Shown here: positions 18,697-27,996 of the stretch, in pieces
Layout of the letters: each line of letters opens with the position of its first letter
Position numbering within the stretch: the first letter of the stretch is position 1
NCBI GenBank assembly: GCA_030749415.1
Contig: JASMKC010000027.1
Coordinates: 5,369-69,368 of the forward strand
Length of the DNA: 64,000 nucleotides
Direction of reading: 5' to 3'
From: Myxococcota bacterium
GTDB taxonomy: Bacteria > Myxococcota_A > UBA9160 > SMWR01
The notes under the pieces: generated by a model
What the model was told of the DNA's origin: nothing
What the model saw: the letters and a program-made list of their open reading frames with translations, nothing else
Database searches by the model: none
Translations under genes and position numbers: made by a program

Positions 18697-19491
18697 TCAC
18701 ACCACCGAACCGCTGTGACACAGCGTGCCCCCGTCGACGACGAGAGTCGCGCCGGTCACGAAGCGGGACGCTTCGCTCGCCAGGAAGACGGCCGCACCCT
18801 TCACGTCGTCCTCGCCTCCGGAACGTCCCATGGGAATCTGGCGTTCGAAGCCGGCGAGTGCCTCCGCGTCGTCGCGCACGTGATTCATCATGTCGGTGTA
18901 GAAGGGCCCGGGAGCCAGCGCGTTCACCCGCACACCGTGGGGTGCGAGTTTCACGGCGAGTTCGCGGGTGAGCGCTGTGACGGCCGCCTTGCTCGGCGGG
19001 TAGGCAATGTCGGGTTCGTCCTCCTCCCGCGCACCGCGAAAACCGGAGATCGAGGTCACGTTCACGATCGAGCCGGTGCCGCGCTCGGTCATGTGGCGCG
19101 CGACACGCTGGGTGAGAAGCCAGAGTCCCCGCACGTTCACCGCAAAGACCTTGTCCCAGGCCTCGATCGGAAATTCGAGTGTGGGTGCACCCCAAATCGC
19201 GGCGGCGTTGTTCACGAGCACGTCGAGCGGGCCGCATTCACCGCACGCCCAATCGGCGAGGGCTGCGACGTCGGCCTCGCGGGAAACATCGGCCTCGAAG
19301 GCGGCGGCAGCCCCGCCGGCGGCTTCGATCTCCTGCACCACCGCCTCACAATTCGCTCGCTTGCGCGACGCCACGAGCACCCGGGCGCCGGCCTCGGCCA
19401 ACCCGACGGAAATATGCCGGCCGATCCCCCGGCCTCCCCCGGTAACCAGCGCGGTGCGCCCTTCGAGATCAAAGAGTTCGCGAACGTGCAT
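18697..19491 (-). CDS. SDR-family oxidoreductase
   Basis: TGGGRGIG, NNAA and YPPSK (YxxxK) motifs. Confidence 0.85.
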   Translation of the reverse strand: MHVRELFDLEGRTALVTGGGRGIGRHISVGLAEAGARVLVASRKRANCEAVVQEIEAAGGAAAAFEADVSREADVAALADWACGECGPLDVLVNNAAAIWGAPTLEFPIEAWDKVFAVNVRGLWLLTQRVARHMTERGTGSIVNVTSISGFRGAREEDEPDIAYPPSKAAVTALTRELAVKLAPHGVRVNALAPGPFYTDMMNHVRDDAEALAGFERQIPMGRSGGEDDVKGAAVFLASEASRFVTGATLVVDGGTLCHSGSVV

Positions 19492-20160
19492 CTAGGGTTC
19501 TCGGCAGAGCACGAACCAGCTGCCCATATCGCGCCCCTTGCGCGCCGCAGATCCGATCGTCACATGCTCCGATACGCCGCGGAGCGTGTCGATCATGAAG
19601 CCGTAGACGAAGCGCGAAAGGCCGACCTCGTTACGGCGCAGCGCGGGCCAGGTTTCCGGTTGCAGTTCTGGCACACGGTTGTAGTCGACCCAGATCTCGG
19701 GACGATCGGGTGCCGGGCGCGCGATGAAGTAGCCCGGCCCGGTCAGTGGCTGGAGCCTCTGGAAATTGAAGCCCCAGAGCACGTCGGGCTTCGCCGAGTC
19801 GGCGCCGGCCGGCCGACAGAAGCGTTTCTCGAAATGCGTGAACGCGGGGAGCGTGTTGCGGCCGTAGTGGCGCACCGTCTCCTGGGGAGCGCGTTCCGGC
19901 GGAACCAGATCGACGAGCCGCACGGGGCGAAAGCCATCGACCGCGGTGTAGAGCGCGCGCTGCTCGCGACGACCGAGGGAGCGAATGGCCGCGACCCTTT
20001 GCTCGTGAGACAGGGCATCGAGATACTCGCCAATGCGGCGAGCGTCGACAGGAGTCTCGACGACACGCCGTCTCAATTCGTCAGACGGGGACGATTCCGC
20101 TGCCGACACCCCCGGAGGGTATCGCCGCTCGACCGTCTCCGCTGCACGACATCCACACAT
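19492..20160 (-). CDS. Hypothetical protein (no recognised domain)
   Basis: C-terminal part of ORF 19492..20406. Good GC3. The stop abuts the SDR ATG (TAG then ATG). Start uncertain (ATG 20160 chosen). Confidence 0.55.
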   Translation of the reverse strand: MCGCRAAETVERRYPPGVSAAESSPSDELRRRVVETPVDARRIGEYLDALSHEQRVAAIRSLGRREQRALYTAVDGFRPVRLVDLVPPERAPQETVRHYGRNTLPAFTHFEKRFCRPAGADSAKPDVLWGFNFQRLQPLTGPGYFIARPAPDRPEIWVDYNRVPELQPETWPALRRNEVGLSRFVYGFMIDTLRGVSEHVTIGSAARKGRDMGSWFVLCREP

Positions 20161-20284
20161 TGCGGCACTACCCCAGAAGGCGCACCGGGCACCCGCACCG
20201 TCTCGGCGAACAGGAGACGTCTTCGCTACAATGCGGTTCCGCGATTCGAGACTCCCCACCCCGCAGGATGAGAAGGCACAAGGC

Positions 20285-21571
20285 ATGGGTGACACCGCAC
20301 GGATCTGCGTCGACGGCAAGACCTTCGAGCTTCCGATCGTGGAAGGAACCGAAGGTGAACGCGCCATCGACATCCGCAAGCTGCGGAGCGAGACGGGGCT
20401 GATCACTCTCGATTCGGGCTACGCGAACACCGGTTCGTGCCGCAGCGCCATCACCTTCATCGATGGGGATCAGGGCATCCTCCGCTACCGCGGCATCCCG
20501 ATCGAGGAACTGGCGGAAAAGAGCAACTTCCTCGAGGTCGCGTACCTGCTCCTGTCGGGACACCAGCCTAACCGGGAACAGTTCGACTACTTCCTCAAAT
20601 CGATCACGCACCACACCATGATCCACGAGGACTTCAAGCGCTTCTTCGGCGCCCTCCCGAAGGACGCGCATCCGATGGCAGCGTGTTCGGCCGCGATCGG
20701 TGCCCTGTCGACCTTCTACCCCGACTCCCTGGATCCGCGCGACGAGCGCCACATCGAGATCTCGGTTCATCGTCTGATCGCAAAGACGACTACGATCGCG
20801 GCGTACGCGTACAAGCACTCGGTCGGCCAGCCGTTCATGTACCCCCGCAACGACCTCAGCTACGTGGGGAACCTGCTGTACATGATGTTCGGAAATCCCT
20901 GCGAATCGTACGAAGTCGACCCGGTCATCGAGAAGGCCATCGACCTGCTGCTGATCCTCCACGCGGACCACGAGCAGAACTGCTCGGCCAGTACCGTGCG
21001 GCTCGTCGGCTCCTCCAGGGTGAACCTCTTCGCCGCGATCTCGGCGGGCATCAACGCCCTCTGGGGCCCCAGCCACGGCGGGGCCAACCAGGAGGTGATC
21101 CACATGCTCCAGGCGATCGCCGACCAGGGCATGACGGGCCGCGAGTTCGTCGAGCGGGCGAAGCGCGGCGATCCGGGGGCTCGCCTGATGGGCTTCGGAC
21201 ACCGGGTCTACAAGAACTTCGACCCGCGCAGCAAGATCATCAAGAAGGCCTGCTTCGACGTGCTCGAGAAGCTCGGCGTCCACAGCCGGCTGCTCGAGAT
21301 CGCGGTAGAACTCGAGGAGATCGCGCTCAAGGACGACTACTTCGTCGAGCGCAGGCTGTACCCGAACGTCGACTTCTACTCCGGTGTGATCTACAGCGCC
21401 ATCGGGACGCCGCCGACGATGTTCACGGCTCTCTTCGCCATCGGCCGGCTGCCGGGCTGGATCGCCCAATGGCTCGAGATGCACCAGGACCCCGACTTCA
21501 AGATCGGCCGCCCGCGCCAGATCTACACCGGACCGCCGATCACCTCCTACGTTCCCCTCGAAGACCGCTGA
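20285..21571 (+). CDS. gltA: Citrate synthase (type II)
   Basis: ORF 20033..21571 trimmed to ATG 20285 (MGDTARICVDGKTFELPIVEGTEGE...). GFGHRVYKNFDPR motif. Confidence 0.95.
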   Translation: MGDTARICVDGKTFELPIVEGTEGERAIDIRKLRSETGLITLDSGYANTGSCRSAITFIDGDQGILRYRGIPIEELAEKSNFLEVAYLLLSGHQPNREQFDYFLKSITHHTMIHEDFKRFFGALPKDAHPMAACSAAIGALSTFYPDSLDPRDERHIEISVHRLIAKTTTIAAYAYKHSVGQPFMYPRNDLSYVGNLLYMMFGNPCESYEVDPVIEKAIDLLLILHADHEQNCSASTVRLVGSSRVNLFAAISAGINALWGPSHGGANQEVIHMLQAIADQGMTGREFVERAKRGDPGARLMGFGHRVYKNFDPRSKIIKKACFDVLEKLGVHSRLLEIAVELEEIALKDDYFVERRLYPNVDFYSGVIYSAIGTPPTMFTALFAIGRLPGWIAQWLEMHQDPDFKIGRPRQIYTGPPITSYVPLEDR

Positions 21572-21620
21572 GGCCGAACCGCACGTCCTGCTTCGCGACG
21601 GCGCTCGCGGGAGGCTGACC

Positions 21621-22625
21621 ATGGACCTGGGACGCCTGGCCGTCACACTTCCCGCTGCCCGCGTGTCGAGCCTCGAGAACGTCGATCTCGCGCGCCGTGC
21701 CGAGAAAGAGTGGGGCTACGAGGCAATCTGGCTCGCGGAGACAAACGGCCCCGACTCGGCGAGCTTCGCTGGCGCTGTCGCGATGGCGACGCAGCGGGTC
21801 GATATCGGGACCGCGATCGTTCCCGTCTACAACCGCACACCGGCGCTGCTCGCCATGACCGCGGCTACGCTGGCCGAGCTCTCGAAGGACCGCTTCATCC
21901 TGGGCGTGGGCTCCTCGAGCCACGCGATGATGGAGGGCTGGAACGGCCTGACCTTCGAGCGGCCCCTGGCGCACGTGCGCGACAGCGTGGCGATCCTGCG
22001 GCAGGCCCTCGCCGGGCAGAAGACGGACTACGCGGGAGAGGCCCTGCACTCGAAAGGCTTCCGGCTCGGGACCCGGGGGCCGGTACCACGCGTCTACGTG
22101 GCAGCGCTCCGGGAACGGATGCTCGAGCTGGCCGGCGAGATTGGCGACGGCCTGATCCTGAACCTCTTTCCCGCCGAAGCGCTGCCGAAGATTCTGGCCG
22201 CGTACCGGCGGGGCGCCCAGCGCGCCGGCCGCGACGCGAGCAACGACGAGATCGTGTGCCGCCTCATGATCGCGGTGACAGACGACGTCGCCGGCGCCCG
22301 CAACCTGGTTCGCGCCGGCTTCGCCGGCTACTTCGCCCAGCCCGTCTACAACGCCTACCTCCGTTGGTACGGATTCGAGAGGGAAGCAGACGCGGTGGCC
22401 GATGCGTTCGCCCGGGGCGACCGGGCGGCCAGCGCCGCCGCGCTCTCCGATGAGATGATCGACTCCATCGCGATTCTCGGCAGCGCCGAGGCCTGCCGCG
22501 AGCGCATCGCCGCCTACGTGGCGGGTGGAGTCACGACGCCGGTGCTCGCTCCCCTGGCCGGGGGCCTGGCCGGAGTCACAGCCGTATTCGAGACGCTGGC
22601 CCCCGGGCGGAGCGGCAACGGTTGA
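21621..22625 (+). CDS. LLM-class (luciferase-like) flavin/F420-dependent oxidoreductase
   Basis: AEKEWGYEAIWLAETNG...FILGVGSS pattern typical of LLM proteins. GGGAGG SD. Confidence 0.8.
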   Translation: MDLGRLAVTLPAARVSSLENVDLARRAEKEWGYEAIWLAETNGPDSASFAGAVAMATQRVDIGTAIVPVYNRTPALLAMTAATLAELSKDRFILGVGSSSHAMMEGWNGLTFERPLAHVRDSVAILRQALAGQKTDYAGEALHSKGFRLGTRGPVPRVYVAALRERMLELAGEIGDGLILNLFPAEALPKILAAYRRGAQRAGRDASNDEIVCRLMIAVTDDVAGARNLVRAGFAGYFAQPVYNAYLRWYGFEREADAVADAFARGDRAASAAALSDEMIDSIAILGSAEACRERIAAYVAGGVTTPVLAPLAGGLAGVTAVFETLAPGRSGNG

Positions 22626-23578
22626 ACGCACCGGAGGCCGTGCTCGTAACGGGCGCGACGGGCCTCGTCGGCCGCAGGCTCGTGACGCGCCTGCTGGACA
22701 ACGGGGTCGCGGTGCGCGCTCTGAGTCGACGCCCGGAGCCCGCAGCGGGTGCAATAGACCCGCGCGCGGTCGCGATGCGCTGGGATGGAGCACGCCTGCC
22801 CGCGCAGGCGGTGCGCGGGGCCAACGCCGTAGTGCACCTGGCGGGCGAGCCCGTATTCGGCGGCCTTCCCACCCGAGCGCGCAAGCGACGCATGCGGAGC
22901 AGCCGGATCGACACCACGCGCGGCCTGGTGGAGACCATCGGTACAGTCCCGGACGCCGAACGCCCGGGCTGCTTGGTCTGTGCCTCCGCCGTCGGCTTCT
23001 ACGGAGAGCAGGGTGACGACACCCTCGACGAATCCGCTGTCCCGGGCGAAGGCTTCCTGGCCGAGCTGTGCCGAGACTGGGAGGCCGCCGCCGCGCGGGC
23101 CGGTGAACACGGACTGCGCGTCGTGTCGCTCCGCATGGGCATCGTGCTCGCCCGAGAGGGCGGCGCACTTCCCATGCTGGCCCTCCCCTTCCGGTTCGGA
23201 CTGGGGGGGCGCATGGCCAGCGGCCGGCAGTGGCTACCGTGGATCCACATCGACGACCTGGTGACAATGATCCACACGGCCCTCGGTAACGATGCCTGGC
23301 AGGGCCCTGTAAACGCCGTCGCGCCGGAACCCGTCCGCAACGCGGACTTCACCCGCGCGCTGGCACGGGTGATCCGCCGCCCGGCGCGGATCCCGGTACC
23401 GGCATTCGCGCTGCGCACCGCGCTCGGAGAACTCGCCCACGAAATGCTGGACAGCCGTCGCGCGGTTCCGAATCGAGCGCTGCAATGGGGATTCGAGTTC
23501 GCATACGAGCACGTGGAGACCGCGCTCGCCGAGGCACTGACGGGTCCTACCAGAAGATCTCCGGGAGCACTTCCTTGA
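22622..23578 (+). CDS. TIGR01777/YfcH-like epimerase-family protein (SDR fold + DUF1731)
   Basis: VLVTGATGLVGRRL, GRQWLPWIHIDD. TTG 22622 overlaps the upstream stop (TTGA); a slightly later GTG is possible. Confidence 0.8.
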   Translation: MNAPEAVLVTGATGLVGRRLVTRLLDNGVAVRALSRRPEPAAGAIDPRAVAMRWDGARLPAQAVRGANAVVHLAGEPVFGGLPTRARKRRMRSSRIDTTRGLVETIGTVPDAERPGCLVCASAVGFYGEQGDDTLDESAVPGEGFLAELCRDWEAAAARAGEHGLRVVSLRMGIVLAREGGALPMLALPFRFGLGGRMASGRQWLPWIHIDDLVTMIHTALGNDAWQGPVNAVAPEPVRNADFTRALARVIRRPARIPVPAFALRTALGELAHEMLDSRRAVPNRALQWGFEFAYEHVETALAEALTGPTRRSPGALP

Positions 23579-23993
23579 CGCGCAGTTCCTGGATCCCCGG
23601 CGACACTTCGTAGAAACCAAAGTTCAGTCCCGGCGTCTCGCTAACGGCCACATGTACACAGAAGTCCGCCAGCACGCGGTCCAGAATCTTTTTCGCCTGC
23701 GCGGAATCGACGTCCGCCAGAAAGACCACGGCCCGGTCACGGGTCATGCGAAAAACTACGTCCTCGACACGCAGAGCGCTCTCGATGAAATCGATCACCT
23801 GAGGAAAGACGAGGTCGGATTCCGGCGCTGTGATTCCGACCACGACCGATTTCAGCGAGTGCGCGCTGGCAAGCGAAGCCGCCCGGCCGAGCATGTCCCG
23901 GAGTTTGCGCGGATCGTCGTTGCCACCCGAAATCGTCGTCATTGTATTCATGATGATCTTGTGATCGGCGGTTCTCACTCTCTTCTGAAGCAC
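23547..23993 (-). CDS. Small hypothetical protein, possibly a degenerate GGDEF/nucleotide-cyclase-like fold
   Basis: 148-aa ORF. SVVVGITAPESD...RVEDVVFRMTRDRAVVFLADVDSAQAKKILDRV follows the GGDEF-domain pattern by eye, with TRDRA in place of GGDEF. It overlaps the yfcH-like 3' end by 32 nt. Confidence 0.5.
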   Translation of the reverse strand: MLQKRVRTADHKIIMNTMTTISGGNDDPRKLRDMLGRAASLASAHSLKSVVVGITAPESDLVFPQVIDFIESALRVEDVVFRMTRDRAVVFLADVDSAQAKKILDRVLADFCVHVAVSETPGLNFGFYEVSPGIQELRVKEVLPEIFW

Positions 23994-24081
23994 ACCTTGC
24001 GGGCTCGTGTCGGCACGGACGAGAATGGCCCGACGGGGCGTCCTCTCAGAACCTACCGCGTCCCGGCCGGCGCCGTCGCGG

Positions 24082-24678
24082 CTAAGTGCGGGCGCCGCGC
24101 TCGAACAGGGCCACCGCGGCGGCGACGGAGAGCACCAAAAGGCCCGTCAGCAGGGCCGCGCAAAAAGACCACCGGGAGCTCGTGCACCCCGAGCAGGCCC
24201 CGGCGGAACAGGCCGGCCCTGCAGGTCATTCGATTCGCAGGTGCCGCCATGCGCAAAAAAACGGTAACTCCGCAAGCGAAAAGAGAATTCCGGACAGGAG
24301 ACAGAGCGGGATTGCGATCGGCGCGGCGAAGGTCCGGAAGGACTCGAGCCAGTGCAACTGCGTGGCCAGCCCGATGCCCAGGGCCGCGAAGAAGGCCGAA
24401 ACCCCCCGGGGCGACCGGCGCCAGCAAGACGGCGATCCACGCCACGAGCCTGCCCAGCACGCTGCTCGCGCGAGAGACCGGTGCCACCAGGAGAGACCAG
24501 TGCCACCAGGAGAGACCGGCGCCACCAGGAATAGGCTCAGCAATCCGGTGTCGCGATCCTCGATCGGCGAGAACCCGTCGAAGGCCGTCAGCTCGCCGTA
24601 GCGCTCGGACAGGTTTCTCAGCGCCGGCGCGTCGTCCGTTTCCTTCGACACACCGAGGTTGGTTGCACCCCTCACCAT
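24082..24678 (-). pseudogene. Membrane-protein gene with coding signal alternating between two frames (four putative frameshifts); the intact ORF in the track is 24226..24678
   Basis: High-GC3, TM-like translation switches frame at the 19-bp x3 repeat (24472-24528), C6G4 run (24402-24411), A7 run (24255-24261) and A5 run (24162-24166). See finding. Confidence 0.45.
24472..24528. repeat. Tandem direct repeat, 19 bp x3 (gagagaccggtgccaccag) inside a coding region
   Basis: Copies at 24472-24490, 24491-24509 and 24510-24528, each differing by 1-2 nt. The unit length is not a multiple of 3. Confidence 0.9.
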
Positions 24679-24730
24679 CTCCTACGGTACCCGCGCGACA
24701 CACCCGGTGCCCGCACGCCCCAGAAACGCC

Positions 24731-25615
24731 ATGCACGAAGCCGCAGAACCCGCCGACGCTCCGGTCTTCCTCGTCCGGGCCCTCGCAGCCCTGGTCGCTG
24801 CGACCTCCGGCCTGATCGTGCTCGGCGCCCTGGTCCGCGCAAACGACGCCGGACTGGCCTGCCCAGATTGGCCGCTGTGCTTCGGCGAGTTCGTGCCCCG
24901 CATGGACCTCCGGGTCGGCTTCGAGTACGCACACCGGGTCTTCGCCGGAAGCGTGGGACTCTGCTTCGCGGCGCTCGCCGTGGCGGTGCTTCGCCGTCCC
25001 CCGCTGCGCCGGCGCTGTGCAACGTCGCTGGCCGTGGCGGCCGTTCTGCTCGCCGCCCAGGTGATCCTCGGCGCGCTCACGGTGTGGCAGCTGCTGGCCG
25101 CCTGGACAGTGACGGCCCACCTGCTGACGGGCAACGCCTTCGCCGCGACGCTCCTGTGGACGCTCCTCTCACTGCGCGGCGGGGGCGGATCCGCCCGGGG
25201 CGTGTCGGGTACCACCCGGGGCGTGCTGGCCGTCACCTCGGCGCTGCTGCTGCTCCAGATGCTGCTCGGCGGGCTGGTCGCCTCGCGCTACGCCGGCCTC
25301 GCCTGCACCGAGTGGCCGGCCTGCAACGCCGGCATCTGGTTCCCGAGCTTCGAAGGCGCCGTGGGAATCCATCTCCTGCACCGCTGGAATGCCGTGCTGC
25401 TGGTGGGCGCGCTGGCCGCCCTCTGCGGCGCCGCACGCGACACAGCGGGCCTGGGCCGCATCGCCGGCCTCGCGCTCGCGCTGGGGCTGGTCCAGGTCGG
25501 GGTCGGAGTGGCCAATGTGCTGATGCAGCTCCCGGTCGAGGTCACCGGCCTCCACGCCGGACTCGCCACGGTGTTGGTTCTGACCCTCACCGCAGCGGTC
25601 CACCGGTCCCGCTGA
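24731..25615 (+). CDS. ctaA: Heme A synthase (COX15/CtaA family)
   Basis: Trimmed to ATG 24731. Paired-Cys loops ACPDWPLC and ACTEWPAC, His motifs EYAHR and LLHRW, about 8 TM segments. Confidence 0.85.
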   Translation: MHEAAEPADAPVFLVRALAALVAATSGLIVLGALVRANDAGLACPDWPLCFGEFVPRMDLRVGFEYAHRVFAGSVGLCFAALAVAVLRRPPLRRRCATSLAVAAVLLAAQVILGALTVWQLLAAWTVTAHLLTGNAFAATLLWTLLSLRGGGGSARGVSGTTRGVLAVTSALLLLQMLLGGLVASRYAGLACTEWPACNAGIWFPSFEGAVGIHLLHRWNAVLLVGALAALCGAARDTAGLGRIAGLALALGLVQVGVGVANVLMQLPVEVTGLHAGLATVLVLTLTAAVHRSR

Positions 25616-25658
25616 AACCGGCCTCCACGCGCCGGACGCGTGCTACAAACCTCCGCGA

Positions 25659-26141
25659 ATGCGTTCCCATCAGATCTTTGCCTCGATGGGGCCCGAGCAG
25701 GCGGTGGATCTGTTTCGCGAGCTCTCGAAAGCGGCTCCGGGAGTCGCGGCCCAGGCCGTCGCCGCCGCCGCCGTGGCGATGAAGGCGCGCCCCGTCTACC
25801 TCAAACGACAACCGGTCGACAAGCGGGCCCTTTCCGTGCGCCGTGCGCTCTCGCGCGTTGCCTGCGAGCCGATCGCCGCCGAGGTGCTCGCGGTCTACTT
25901 CCTGGAGTGTCGAAACGAGCTGCTCGTGGAATGGCTCGACAGCCTCGGCCTGGAGCACGAGAAGGGCGTGCTCTCTGCGGACGCACCGCCCGAACCGGGA
26001 AATGCGGAGCTCACCAAGGCGGTCGACGCCTTCCTCGCTCGCGACGACGACCCCGGCCGCCGGCTCTTGTTGGCCGCCTTCGCCGCCCAGCAATCGATCG
26101 ACTGGCCGGGTCTGGACGCCCGGGTGGAAGCGTCCGCCTGA
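25659..26141 (+). CDS. Hypothetical protein
   Basis: 160-aa ORF with good GC3 and no recognised motif. Confidence 0.6.
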   Translation: MRSHQIFASMGPEQAVDLFRELSKAAPGVAAQAVAAAAVAMKARPVYLKRQPVDKRALSVRRALSRVACEPIAAEVLAVYFLECRNELLVEWLDSLGLEHEKGVLSADAPPEPGNAELTKAVDAFLARDDDPGRRLLLAAFAAQQSIDWPGLDARVEASA

Positions 26142-26148
26142 GCGGGCC

Positions 26149-26955
26149 ATGAGCGAAAGCCGCCCGGGAGCCACGAGCGCGGGGCACACACCGCTCTCCG
26201 CCTGCGTCATCGCCCAGGACGAGGCCGACCGGATCGGGGCGTGCCTCGAATCGCTGGCATTCTGCGACGAGATCGTCGTGATCGACGCGCACTCGACGGA
26301 CGCGACGCGCGAGATCGCGTCCGCGTCCGGCGCGCGAGTCATCGAACGCGACTGGCCGGGCTACATCGCTCAGAAGGACTTCGCCGTCCGCGAAGCGAAA
26401 CACGACTGGGTGCTCTGCATCGACGCCGACGAGAGAATTTCGGACGGATTGCGGGACGAGATCGAGGCGCTCCGCAAACGTGGCTTCCCGGACCGCCCCG
26501 GCTGGCGCATGCCGCGACTCTCCAGCTACCTGGGCCGCTGGATCCGGCACGGGAGTTGGTACCCGAACCGCCAGCTGCGGCTCTTCGACCGCCGGCGCGG
26601 CCATTGGGCCGGCCTCGAACTGCACGAACGCGTTGCGCTCGACGCCGCGCCCGGCACGCTGCGCGGCGATCTGCTCCACCACCCCTATCGCGACCTCTCG
26701 GACCACCTCGCGAGGATCGATCGCTACTCGACGATCCAGGCCGACCTGCTCTTCGAGCGGGGGCGCCGGGCGCACGTATCGGACCTGGTGCTGCGTCCCG
26801 CCTGGCGATTCGTGCGCTTCTACCTGCTCGACCGGGGCTTGCTCGAGGGCTGGCGCGGCTTCGTCCTGGCCTGCATGGCGGCACACTACGTGCGGCTTCG
26901 CTGGCTGAAGCTCTGGCTTCTCGCTCGCGAAGACCTGAAGAAACCCGCGGCCTGA
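26149..26955 (+). CDS. Family 2 glycosyltransferase (LPS-core type, WaaE/KdtX-like)
   Basis: Trimmed to ATG 26149. SACVIAQDEADRIGACLESL...IVVIDAHSTD...CIDADE. Confidence 0.8.
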   Translation: MSESRPGATSAGHTPLSACVIAQDEADRIGACLESLAFCDEIVVIDAHSTDATREIASASGARVIERDWPGYIAQKDFAVREAKHDWVLCIDADERISDGLRDEIEALRKRGFPDRPGWRMPRLSSYLGRWIRHGSWYPNRQLRLFDRRRGHWAGLELHERVALDAAPGTLRGDLLHHPYRDLSDHLARIDRYSTIQADLLFERGRRAHVSDLVLRPAWRFVRFYLLDRGLLEGWRGFVLACMAAHYVRLRWLKLWLLAREDLKKPAA

Positions 26956-27138
26956 TCGCATTCGAAACGCCCTAGAAGCACAGCGGCGACCCCGGTCTCC
27001 CCAGCGTCTCCGGGCGGCGACCCCGGGCCATACCGATGCAGGCCCGCAGACTCGGCATCGCCGGAGACCCCGCCCGACGCGGAGCGGGACCCCGAAAGCG
27101 AGATCGCGCCAACGCGCAGCGTCGCCTCTGGCGAGAGT

Positions 27139-27993
27139 CTAGGAACGGACCGTGATGGCGGCGTTCGAGATGATCTTCGCGTCCCGCTCCTTCGACTTCG
27201 CCTCGAAGACAATCTTGTCACCCTCGTTCCAGTACGAGACGACGTAGGTCTCACCGGGGAAGGCCACACCGGCGAAACGCGCCTGATACCGGGCCACCTT
27301 CGTGACGTCGCCACCGAGCACATCGTCCACGATCGCCTTGCAGACGATGCCGTAGGAACACAGACCGTGGGTGATCGGTGTGTCGAAGCCGGCCAGCTTT
27401 GCGAACTCCGGATCCGCGTGGAGCGGGTTCTTGTCCCCGGAGAGCCGGTAGATGAGCGCTTGCTGGGGCAAGCTCGGGCGCTCGACGACGCCGTCGGGCT
27501 CCCGCTCGGGTGCGACATTGCCCACCTTGGGACCGGATTCGCCGCCGAAGCCCCCCTCACCGCGCAGAAAGAGGGAGAAGCGATTGGTGAATAGCGGCTC
27601 TCCCGACTCGTCGGCCGAGTCGACCTCGAGCACCACCAGCGCCGCCTTGCGCTTGTCCCAGATCTCGGCGATCCGGACCTTGTTCGTGAGCGTCGCTTCC
27701 GGCGGAATCGGCTGATGCACCACGAGATCCTGCTCACCGTGCAGCAGCATCGCGAAATCGAACTTCATACCCGGAACTTTCGCGATATTGCCCATGGAAC
27801 CGAAGGTCGGAATCACGCCAAAGCTCGGCAGCACCTTCAGGTTCTTCTCGTAGGTGTACTCGAGCTCCTTGGGGTCGGTGGCAGGCTGCCCGGCGCCGAC
27901 TCCCAGGTGATAGAGGATCACCTGGTCCTTGGTGTAGCTCGTCTGGCCCTCGCCCAATTCGGCGCCCAGAGCCTGGCTCGGATCGATCGGCAT
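27139..27993 (-). CDS. MaoC-type double hot-dog (R)-specific enoyl-CoA hydratase (MFE-2 hydratase-2-like)
   Basis: Hydratase-2 motif YRLSGDKNPLHADPEFA; N-terminal second hot-dog half. Confidence 0.88.
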   Translation of the reverse strand: MPIDPSQALGAELGEGQTSYTKDQVILYHLGVGAGQPATDPKELEYTYEKNLKVLPSFGVIPTFGSMGNIAKVPGMKFDFAMLLHGEQDLVVHQPIPPEATLTNKVRIAEIWDKRKAALVVLEVDSADESGEPLFTNRFSLFLRGEGGFGGESGPKVGNVAPEREPDGVVERPSLPQQALIYRLSGDKNPLHADPEFAKLAGFDTPITHGLCSYGIVCKAIVDDVLGGDVTKVARYQARFAGVAFPGETYVVSYWNEGDKIVFEAKSKERDAKIISNAAITVRS

Positions 27994-27996
27994 GCT

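Noticed and set aside
26956-27138. A 183-nt convergent intergenic region with a repeated ggcgaccccgg motif and small GC hairpins, considered as a possible terminator or sRNA.
   Set aside because: There are only two short (11-nt) repeats and weak stems without U-tracts. That is indistinguishable from chance in DNA this GC-rich.
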